Origin: the human T2T-CHM13v2.0 reference genome, Homo sapiens
Assembly: GCF_009914755.1 (NCBI RefSeq)
Contig: NC_060938.1
Length of the DNA: 64,000 nt
Strand: one strand, 5' to 3'
Positions 52,816-64,000 of this stretch are shown here, piece by piece (positions within the stretch are counted from its first letter, which is position 1; every line of letters begins with the position of its first letter). Under the pieces are notes generated by a model that was not told where the DNA came from, did no database searches, and saw only the letters and a program-made list of their open reading frames with translations. A program made the position numbers and the translations under genes.

Positions 52816-55800
52816 ACATCGGGGCAGCACTGAGGTGTGAGGTGCTGTGTGAGCATGGGTAAAGCACTTGGCACAATGCCCAGCCTATGGTAAATGCGCA
52901 TCAATGGAGGCTATTATTACAATCACGTGCATCTATGAGTGTGCACGAGTTGCTAACTCGTGTGGGCACATATGGGTGAATATGGATGTGTGATGTGCAG
53001 GTGACCTCTGGTTCAAAATGTGATTCAAGTCCTGTCCTGTTACTTGGCCCAGGCACTGGGGCCACTCCCTCGACCTTGCTGAGATGCAGTTTCCTTAACT
53101 AAATGGGGAGGACAATGACTTACATGGGTCCAAGCTGGCAGTTGGCATTGCTAACCTCGCAATCACCCAGAGGTAGGACAAGAGTATTGGCTCCACCTGG
53201 CAGATGGGGAAACTGAGGCTTAGAGAGCGTAAGTGAAACGCCCACATTTAGAGCCAAGAAGTGGTGATGCTGAGACTTGAACCATGTGGCCTCACACAGA
53301 ACCTGTGTGTGCAGGGCTGTATGTGAGTGTGTATATGTGCAGGAGTGTGTGTGCAGGAATGTGTGTGCAAGGGTGTGTGTGCAGGAGTGCATGTGAACAT
53401 GTGTTCAGGGGTCTGTGTGCAGGGAGTGTGCACATGAGAAGTCACTTAGGTCAGTGTGTATGAAACCCAAGCCATTCTGGACAAACCCTGATGACTCTGT
53501 CTAGAGGGAGGGTCTCTCCTTATTCCTCAGAGGAGCAGTTGGGCCTCCCTCACCCAAATCTTTACTGGCTCTCCCAGACTCCTGGGCTCCAGCAGGACTG
53601 TCTCTGTTGCAGTGGCTCTCTCTGGCTCTCCAGGGCCCTGGCGCTCCACAGTGGCTGCCTCCTGATCCCTTTTCCAAAACAACATCCGCAGCAGCTCCCA
53701 AGGGGTGAGCCACCTCCCTCCTGTTTACCACTTGCGTGGCCCCCCGCCCTGCGGGGCTAGCTCCAGGCTGCCATCAGCAGCTGTGTTTTCCAGGCCCTGG
53801 CCCTTTCCCCTCCTGGCACCTTGGAGGCCCAGCTACAGGGCAGCTACTCTCAGGAGGGTTATCTTTTCCCTTGACACCAGGACCCACCAAGTCAAGGGGT
53901 ACTTCCCAGGCTTCCCCAGTTGGGTCCAGCCTGGCAGGTGGGGAGGGGATGGTGCTGAGTGAGAGAGAAGGAAGGTGAAGGGAGTCAGAATCTCCTAGAG
54001 ACAGTCCCAGGCTCCTTGCCCCACCCTCACCTCCTTCCTTGTCTGAGCAGATCTTTCAGGCTTCTCTGAAGACAGGGGTCCACTGGGACCTCAAGCTTGG
54101 GCCCAGAGGTTGTCCAGTCCCAGCTAACACACTGGGAGCCTCCTGTTCTCACTTCACCCTAACGGGCTCCTTTCTCCACCCTGTGCTCCTTGTCCTTACC
54201 TCCTCTTCTGCATCTGTGGTGAGAGACAGAGAGGTTCCACACCCCTTCCCCATTTGGAGCCTGAGGCAGCCCCACCTCCTGGGCCCATCTGTCCCCTCCA
54301 GACCCTAAGACACAAGCTTCACCTCCACGATTTTCTCACAGCAAACCTGCTGTCCTCTCCTACTGTCCTCCCCCAGGGAGTCTTTGATCCAGCTTGGGCC
54401 TTGAGCCAAAAAGTCATTAAAAGAAAGTACAGCCAAGGAGAGGAAAAAATTGCTCTTCTGATGGGAGAAAGCCAAAAGCTGTCACACGCCAGGGCCACTG
54501 GCTCTCACCCAGGAACTTGGGGGAGAACTTTCTGGGAGGTAGGGTGGGGGCCAGGGGCTGAGGCAGGAGGAGACGGTTATAGCAAAGGTCTTGGGGCCCA
54601 ACAGACCGAGATGCAGCGACCAGCTTTGTTCTTGCTGAGACCTGGAGCAAGTGCCCAGCCTCTTGAGAGCCGTGACCTTGCAGGGTTGGGTGCCATGGAG
54701 ACCTGGCATGCAGCGGGCCCCAGCTAGAAGGACCTCCTGAGGTCTCTGATGTTTTCCACAGCTCACAAAGGTGTTTGGGAGGGAACAGCACCAGCTGGAG
54801 CCTCTTACAGGACAGGAGACCGAGCAGAGGCCCCGGGAGGGTGACCTGTCCAACGTCACACAACAACTGGATGCCCTTGGCTCTGCCTGCATCCCCTGCA
54901 GTCCTGGCCTGTAGGAGACAGGACAGCCAGAGACATCGTCATTGGTGAGCCTCACCTTCTCAGCCCCCAGCTGGGGAAACTGAGGCCCAGAGTGGGAACT
55001 CCCATGGGCATGTGACCCGTGTAAGACGAACACGGGCAAGAAGGCACAGGTCCTGCTTCTCCCTGCCTCGCGCCCCTCTAAACCAAATAGCCGATGCTCA
55101 CTGCACCAGGAACCTTGTACTTGAGGCTTTCAAGACATGATCAGATTTGATTTTTACAACAAACTAATCAATGAGGTAGGTGCCTTTATTACCCCTCATT
55201 TACAGATGAGTAAGGTGGGGCACAGAGAGGGCAAGTGACAGACTGAAAGTCACGCAGCAGATACACAGTGGAGCCGGACTTGAAACCCAGGGTGCGTGAC
55301 TCCAGCACCCGTGGCTGTGGCCTCCAGTGGGGCCAGGAGAAGCTGACCTAGTCCTCCATTCTCTGCTCGCTCCCTGAAGGCCTGGGCCGGGAGGGGGAAG
55401 AATGTCCAGAACACCGCCTGCTGGGCTCCTTGTGCGGTGTGCCTGGTGCACAGTGGGTGCCTGCTGAACGTGGCACTGTGCTGAGTGAGGTGGGCTCAGC
55501 AATTGCGCTAGCACAGGGCGCTCGGGCTGAGACCCCTGTGGGAGAAACAGAGGCGGGGAGGGGCCTTCGGCTGGGCGGACACACTCAGGCGCTCACAACA
55601 GTGCATCACTATGGGCCACGCAAGTCAAGGGCAAACTCTTCACCCCCGCTCTTGCTGTAGGAAGAGCGCCAGCTCTGGGTTTCAAGCCCCTCTGCCTGAG
55701 TGGAAGGACATGTAGGGGCATCTGTGAGGATTTGAAAGGAGCAGAAGAGCGGACAGCACGAGGGGAGGCTCTGGTCAGGAAAACCAGCCAGGAGTAGTGG

Positions 55801-56483
55801 GAGGAGAAGCCGCGGGGGCTGCGGTCAGGAGTGGCTTCCTTCAGGCACTGGTCCTGGCCTGGCATGGTGGTGACGACAAGGGAGACTCCTCCTCGTGCCG
55901 CGGCCTGGGCGCCTCCCCTTTCTCCTGGCTGCAGTCCTTCCCTGGCCTCTGGAGTGTGTACTCTGAGCGCCTACCCCATCACCTGTCCCCTGAGATCTCT
56001 CTAGGGAGCTGGATGTGCCTGGGGGGAGTGCCTTCTTTGGCCCCCACCCAATCCTGTCCCTTTTTGCAGTCACAGCAGCGCTCCACGCCACCCTCTGCCC
56101 TCCCCCTACCTTTCTGTGAAAACAGCTCTGGCCGGAGCACTCAAAGAGAGACCGCGCCCCGCATGGGCACCACAGCGTGGGAGGGGGGAGCTGGTCCTTT
56201 GGCTTCCAGCCCTGAGCCTGTGGTGGTTGCCAGGGCAACAGCAGCCCAAGGGAGGCAGGCCTGACAGCATCGCAGGAGGCTGCCCAGCCCCTCCATCCCT
56301 CCCTGCTCCCAGGGAGGTGTAGCACCTGGGTGTGTGCACCGTGCGTGTCTGTGTGTACACACATGAACCTGCAGTCTGGATGCCACTGGCCCTGGGTTCC
56401 GCAGAGCTGGTCACCAATGGCCTCACTGATCAGAGAAGGGCGGGATGCCCGGGGCTGGGGGCTTAAAGCTCCCTCAAAGTTTT

Positions 56484-56807
<324 letters not shown>

Positions 56808-58556
56808 TCATTTCAAAATTATTTGAGTAGCTGGATTTTTCTTTCTTGGGCCACAGACATAAGAACTGGGCCCTCAGGTTTGGAAGAGCACCAACCGCAC
56901 GGCAGGTGATCAGAACATGTGTCCTGACCCCTGCCCACAGGCATGGTGGTCCAGGCCTCAGCCACAGGCCACGAGGTGTTTTGGGGCCACCGCAGCAGTG
57001 GGCCGAGGCCTTTGCTTGTGGATGGACAGGGGGCTGTGCTGGGCCTCCAGAACCCACCATGCTCCCTGGAAACAAAGGAGGCCACGTGCAGGGTCTGACC
57101 TTTAGCTCCCCATAGGGAAAGGATGTGTCAGCAGAGTGTGAGCAGTGGAACCAACCTGAGCTGGCCACTGTTGGCCTTGGGAGTCCAGGCCTTGGGTCTC
57201 ACCCTGCTGGTCCCAAGGCCTAGGTGGGGCAGGAAGGTGTCAGAGTTGTCCAGGACACCCCGACGGTTTGCCTGATTTTGCAAGGACAGAGGCTCAACTG
57301 AGAAGCAGGCACCCATCAACCCTCCCTCAGTAGTGTCTTTCCTGTCTCTGCTGGGCCTTGTTGACTGTGATCAATGACTTCCACTTCCCCGTTGGGGAAA
57401 CTGAGGCACAGAGAAGTCATGCAGTGCCCTAGCAGCAGGGCTGAAATTCACTGGGGCTGTGGGCCCCGCCAGGAAGCCACTGGCCGCCCCACCATGCACT
57501 CCTGGCAGCCCGGCTCTCAGCGAAGTGGGAGATGGGGTGGGCTTGGCCGGAGCTAGGGAAGGGTCGCTGCAGCCCCGGCCCCACCCAGACAAGCCTCCAC
57601 TTCCTGAGCTGGCCGCCAGGACAGGCTGGGCTCCCAAAATCCTTCCTAAAAAGGAATCAGGCTGTGGTGGCCCACACTATTTTTAGATAATTGTGTTGAA
57701 AAATCCCAAGGCACATGTAGCATCATGCATTTTTTTATTCAGGAAGAAAAAAGAAAGGGACCTCCCCACTCTTCTCCCCACAGCCACCGCCTGCCCGAAA
57801 CAGGTCATGCCCCTGGAGTGGCCTCGCACCGTCCATCCCCGGAGGGGCAGTAGCCTGGGCCCTGCAGCTGCCCAGCCCTGGGGGTTAGGGCCTTGGGGTT
57901 TCTGGCTAGAAACAGGGCTCACCTCGGTCTCCTCCTAAGCCTGGAGCTCTCAGGTGGTGCAAGGCACACGGGGATCCCCCACATTGCAGGTGGGGAGACT
58001 GAGGCCAGGCTGTACTCATCTCCATTACGAGGCCTTTTTTTTTAAAAAAAAAACAAACAAAAAAACAAAAAACAGCCTTATGAAGATGTGATTGGCACGT
58101 AGTAAAGCGCAAGCATTTAAAATATACAGTTCAATATGTCTTGACATTTGTATCTATCCATGAAGCCATCGCCACTATTAAGAGAGGGATCATATCCATC
58201 ACCCTCAAAATGTCTTTATCATCTTTGAAACCCCTCCCTCTGGCCCCCCCTCCACCCCCAAGTCTCCTTGCCCCAGGCGCAATCACGGGTCTGCTTTCCC
58301 TCACTCTAGATTAGTCCACATTTTCTAGAGTTTTCTATAAATGGAATCACACAGCACGTTCTTTTTTGACTGGCTCCTTCAACTCGTCACCACTACCTGG
58401 AGATTCACCCATGTTGCTGCAGGCACCAAGCCCCTCATATGGACAGATCACAATTCGCTTCTCCTTTGATCTGTTGGTGGACATTTGGATTGTGATCAGT
58501 TTTTGGCTATTACAAATAAAGCTGCTATAAACATTTGCGGAGAAGTCTTTGTATTT

Positions 58557-59146
58557 GAGGGGACTGCAGGGAGGCCGGGCTGAGTCAGCGCCACTGCCGC
58601 TGCTGCGTGTCCCTTTCTGAGGCCTCGGACCGCACCGCTTTCGCCCTGCGGCCCGGCTCGGTAGCCTGATCAGTCGCGTTCCCGGCTGCGTCTCCGGTCA
58701 CCGAACGGGACGGCGGGATGGCGGGGTCGATCTGTGCAGACGCTGCTAGTGGTTCCGCAGTCGTCGCTGGGTCAGCTGTTTCGAGCGGCGGATCTGCTCC
58801 TATAGATGTCCAGATTGTTAGACGGTGGGCTTCATCCGTCCTACCTCGCCCAACCCAGTTGACTAATATTTGGGTCGGTGGAGCCCGAATAATACAATAA
58901 GAATAAAACCCAACGACAAAGGCCCTCTCTAACCCGAGTACACCGGCCTCTGGCTTTGTGACAAGCACGTCACTGTTAGGCTAAGCAGAGACTTTGGAAC
59001 CCCGGTTCTAAAGCTCTCAGAGTGGAAGAGTACCAGGACATGGGGGTGGGGGTTGGGGCAAAGCTTTGCTCCCTTAGAATAATACCAACGTACAGAGTTG
59101 CGATTGGTTAAAAAATAAAAAAAAATAAAAAAAATAAAAAAAAAAA
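58557..59146 (+). mobile_element. Young L1-mediated retroposed insertion of unknown origin (orphan retrocopy)
   Basis: Perfect 16-bp TSD agaagtctttgtattt (58541-58556, 59147-59162), A-rich tail 59110-59146, about 40 CpGs in ~550 bp by hand count. Confidence 0.9.
58718..58900 (+). CDS. Putative 60-aa microprotein ORF inside the orphan retrocopy
   Basis: First ATG of the insert, strong Kozak context gggATGG, in-frame upstream TGA at 58667, same strand as the tail. No homolog recognised. Confidence 0.35.
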   Translation: MAGSICADAASGSAVVAGSAVSSGGSAPIDVQIVRRWASSVLPRPTQLTNIWVGGARIIQ

Positions 59147-59489
59147 AGAAGTCTTTGTATTTTATATTTGTACATATATTTCCTTTTCTCTGGGGTACAT
59201 ACTAAGAGAGGAATTCCTGGATAATTCTATGTCTAACTTTTTAAGAAACTGCCAAACTGTTTTCCAAAGTGGCTGTACCATTTTACATTCCCTCCAACAA
59301 CGTATGAGGGTTCCAATTTCCCCACGTCCTCACAAACATTTGTTATTGTCTGTCTTTTTGATTATAGACATCCTAGTGGGTGTAAGGTGGTATCTCTTGG
59401 AGTTTTGACTTGCATTTCCCTAGTGAGTAATGATGTTGAACATTTCTTCATGTGCTTGTTGGCCTAGACCTTACTTTAAAAAAAAATAA

Positions 59490-60480
59490 ACTATTAAGTT
59501 TGGGATAATTTTAGATTCACTGAAAAGTTTCAGAGATAACACAGGGAATTCCCATTTACCCTTCACTCAATTTCCCCTAATATAACCTTTATGTTACCTG
59601 GCACATTTGTGCCAACAATGGAACTGACATTGATAAATTACTAGTAACCAAACTCCAGACTTTATTTAGATGTCAGCAGCTTATAATACGAATGTGCCTG
59701 ATATGGTTTGGCTGTGTCCCCACCCAAATCTCGTCTTGAATTGTAGTTCCCATAATCCCCACATGTCATGGGAGGGACCCGGTGCAAGGTAATTGAATCA
59801 TGGGGGTGGCTACCCTCATGCTGTTCTCATGATAGTGAGTTCTCATGAGATCTGATGGTTTTATAAGGGTTTTTCCCCCTCCTTTTGCACGGCATTTCTC
59901 CTTCCTGCTGCCATGTGAAGAAGGACATGTTTGCCTCCCCTTCCTCCATGATTGTAAGTTTCCCGAGGCCTCTCCAGCCATGCTGAACTGTGAGTCAATT
60001 AAACTCGTTTTCTTTATAAATTACCTAGTCTCGGGTATGTCTTTATTAGCTGCATGAGGACGTACTAATACGGTGCCTTTCATCCAGGACCCCATACCAC
60101 CTAATATTTAGCTATGTCTTCATGGGCTTCTCTGGTTTTCGTCAGTTTCTTAGACTTTTCTTTTTCATGCTCTTGGTAGTTTTGAGGGGTATTGGTCAGG
60201 TATTTTGTAGAAAGTTCATCGGTTTGGGTTTGTCTGATGTTTTCTCATGATTACACTGGAGTTATGGGTTTGGGGGAAGAAGACCACAGAGATGAGGTGC
60301 CCTGCTCACCCCATCATATCTGGGGGTACCTGGTATTCACACGACTCATCACTGGGAATGCTGACCTTCATTGACTGGTGAAGGTGATGTCCTGCCAGGT
60401 TTCTCTGTGGTAATGTTACTATTTTTCCTATTTCCACATCCTTCTCTCTGAATGCAAGTCACCAAGTCCAGCCCACACTC
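59490..60480. mobile_element. L1MC-type fragment interrupted by THE1 LTR
   Basis: aattttagattcactgaaaagtt...; ggtcaggtattttgtagaa...gtttgtctgatgtttttctcatgatta. Confidence 0.65.
59699..60072. mobile_element. THE1C/D solo LTR (MaLR)
   Basis: tgatatggtttggctgtgtccccacccaaatctc...actaatac; 5-bp TSD gtgcc (59694-59698, 60073-60077). Confidence 0.93.
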
Positions 60481-60707
60481 CAGTGATGAAGCTCCCCAAG
60501 CTTCACTTGACTCTGAGGATCTTCTACGCCAGGCACTTCACATTGATGTTTCACTTAACCCCACCCCTGTTACTGTCCCTCTGGTAGAAGTCCTAATAAT
60601 CTCTAAACTTAGCAAATTCGCAGTTACAAAGGCTCAGGGATCACTTAGTCAAAACCTTCTTTACCATTTTTACAGACAAGGAAACTGAGATCCAGAGGGA
60701 GATGTGA

Positions 60708-61010
<303 letters not shown>

Positions 61011-61620
61011 AGATGTGACTCACTTTATGATCACATCACAAGCTAAAGGAAAATGGCGAGCCAGGTGTGGCGGCTCACGCCTGTAATCCCAGCACTTTGG
61101 GAGGCTGAGGCGGGTGGATCACTTGGAAGGATGTCTTGATCCAGAGTAAAGGCTCCATAGGCATTTATTGGTTGACAAGGTTGGCATATGTTGTATGAAT
61201 AAGAGCTTCCGTATGTGATAAGGTTTCTCTCTGTGGATGACATAGCCATGGGGTCGCCTGCTGCCTCCCGGTTACCCATACAAACCATGGAAACAGGAAT
61301 GGGTGACAGCCCCACGCTCCCCTGCTGTGAGCCTCCAATCCCCTGGCTGGCTAAACAGCAGCACCAGCTCCTCCTTCTGTCCAGCCGGACAGAGAGCCTG
61401 GAGGAAGCTGGAGTCTGGGTTTCAGTGGCTACAGACAACCCTCCAAATGGTCAGTTAAGAACCAGGGCCACATTGTGAGTGGACACTTTCACACTCTGCA
61501 GGTGACCACGCAAAGTGGTAGAGCAACTTATTTTATTTTTGTCATTCTTTTGAGGCAGGGTCTTGCTGTGTCTCCCAGGCTGGGGTGCAGTGGCATAATC
61601 ACTGCAGCCTTGACCTCCCA

Positions 61621-62385
61621 CTTTGTTACCTGTTTCCGACGGTGTGACCCGAGTGCGCTTCGTTACCCGTTTCTGATGGCATGACCCGACTGCACTTTGT
61701 TACCTGTTTTGATGGTTGTTTCTGATGGCATGACCCAACTGTGCCTCGTTACCCGTTTCCGATGGTGTGACCTGACTGTGCTTTGTTACCTGTTTCTGAT
61801 GTTTGTTTCTGATGGTGTGACCCGACTGTGTTTTGTTACCTGTTTCCGATGGTGTGACCTGACTGCGCTTTGTTACCTGTTTCTGATGGTTGTTTCTGAT
61901 GGTGTGACCCGACTGTGTTTTGTTACCTGTTTCTGATGGTTGTTTCTGGTGGTGTGACCCAACTGCACTTTGTTACCTGTTTCTGATGGTGTGACATGAC
62001 TGCGCTTCGTTACCCATTTCCGATGGTGTGACCTGACTACGCTTTGTTACCTGTTTCTGGTGGTGTGACCCAACTGTGATTTGTTACCTGTTTCTGATGT
62101 TTGTTTCTGATGGTGTGACCTGACTGCTTTGTTACCTGTTTCCAATGGCGTGACCTGACTGAGCTTTGTTACCTGTTTCTGATGGTGTGACCTGACTGCT
62201 TTGTTACCTGTTTCCAATGGTGTGACCTGACTGCGCTTTGTTACCTGTTTCCGATGGTGTGACCTGACTGCTTTGTTACCTGTTTCCAATGGCATGACCT
62301 GACTGCGCTTTGTTACCTGTTTCTGATGGCGTGACCTGACTGCGCTTTGTTACCTCTTTCCGATAGCGGGATCTGACTGCATTTT
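61621..62385. repeat. Minisatellite (VNTR), ~37-bp unit tttgttacctgtttc(c/t)gatggtgtgacctgactgcgc with shorter and longer variants
   Basis: About 19 visible copies. Confidence 0.96.
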
Positions 62386-62689
62386 GCATTCATGGGGGCA
62401 CCGTCTGGCAAGGTGAGCTTGTCAGGGAGAGGCCGTAGCCCTCACCACCGCTAATGACTGGCTACCACACAGAGGTTCCAGGCAGAGTCTAGCTACTGGA
62501 GCCAACCAGCGTGGCTTCGGCCAGTTAACAGACCACTTCTTGGAGTCATGAGGATTAACTCAGTGAGCCCATGGAAAATGCACAAACTAAGCCCTCAATA
62601 AATATAGCCTGATGAACTGCCATTCTGCCTATCCGAATTCTACCCTAAGATAGATAATCAGAGATGCTAGGAGAAAACATGAGCATGTG

Positions 62690-62910
62690 AGTGGCTAAGA
62701 GTATGGATTCTGGAGTCAGGCAACCTGGGTTCAAGGCCTGCTGTAGTATTACCCAAACTTGGGCAAGTTTGTTCATCTTCTGAAGAGAGCTTCATTTCTC
62801 ACCTGGACCTGTATCCGTAATAACTGTATGCATATCATAGCACTGTCATGAGGATTAGATGAGTTAATACATGTCGAATGATTGGTGCATAATAAATGCT
62901 CAATAATTGT
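62690..62910 (+). mobile_element. MIR
   Basis: ggattctggagtcaggcaacctgggttcaa...gaggattagatgagttaatac. Confidence 0.75.
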
Positions 62911-63135
62911 GAGCTGGCATTACCCATTCCATTGTATGTGGCATGACAATGTGAAACCACTTAAATCATTGACAATAAAGAAAGGGTTAAACAGTCTGCA
63001 GTGCATCCATGTGAGGGGAGGTTATGCTGTCTCTAAGTTATCTAGAAAGATTTTTACTGACAAGAGAATATTAAGTGAAAAGATCCATACGGTGTTATAG
63101 ATAGTATGATTTCACTTCATTAAATATCTATACTT

Positions 63136-64000
<865 letters not shown>

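Larger units (their letters stand above)
58075..59465 (-). mobile_element. Old L1M (L1MB/ME-type) 3' region, interrupted by the insertion at 58557-59146
   Basis: tataaatggaatcac, ttggtggacatttggattg, ttttggctattacaaataaagctgctataaacatt; resumes with ttttaagaaactgccaaactgttttccaaagtggctgtaccattttacattcc. Confidence 0.85.

Noticed and set aside
58620-58680. Hammerhead ribozyme on the minus strand (CTGATCA...CGAAA)
   Set aside because: The core reads CUGAUCA instead of CUGAUGA, and I could not build the three helices.
59965-59985. PRDM9 hotspot motif in the THE1 LTR
   Set aside because: cctctccagccat does not fit CCNCCNTNNCCNC, and the subfamily appears to be THE1C/D.
61621-62385. CRISPR-like array
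   Set aside because: Contiguous tandem units with no unique spacers, in primate DNA; it is a VNTR.

Overview
Primate (human-like) non-coding DNA, dense in repeats. I see no intact protein-coding gene; nearly all listed ORFs are Alu, L1, simple-repeat or GC-rich chance frames. The left ~14 kb is a stack of old elements: an antisense L1PA-type ORF2/3' fragment, a MER41-type ERV1 internal region with a truncated MER41B-like LTR, and a near-complete Tigger2 interrupted by a MER50 fragment and three Alus. The rest is more GC-rich, with roughly 25 further Alus, MIR/L2/MaLR/MER relics and three tandem arrays. The standout is an apparently very young orphan retroposed insert at 58557-59146. It has a perfect 16-bp target-site duplication (TSD), a 37-nt A-rich tail, about 40 CpGs, an ATG-free leader, a Kozak-flanked 60-codon ORF and several hairpins, and it matches no Alu, L1, SVA or structural RNA I recognise. 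A second, older retrocopy (28750-29985) splits an Alu and hosts a large CCCCT/CTCCT expansion. Repeat family names come from recalled consensus sequences and need RepeatMasker/Dfam confirmation.
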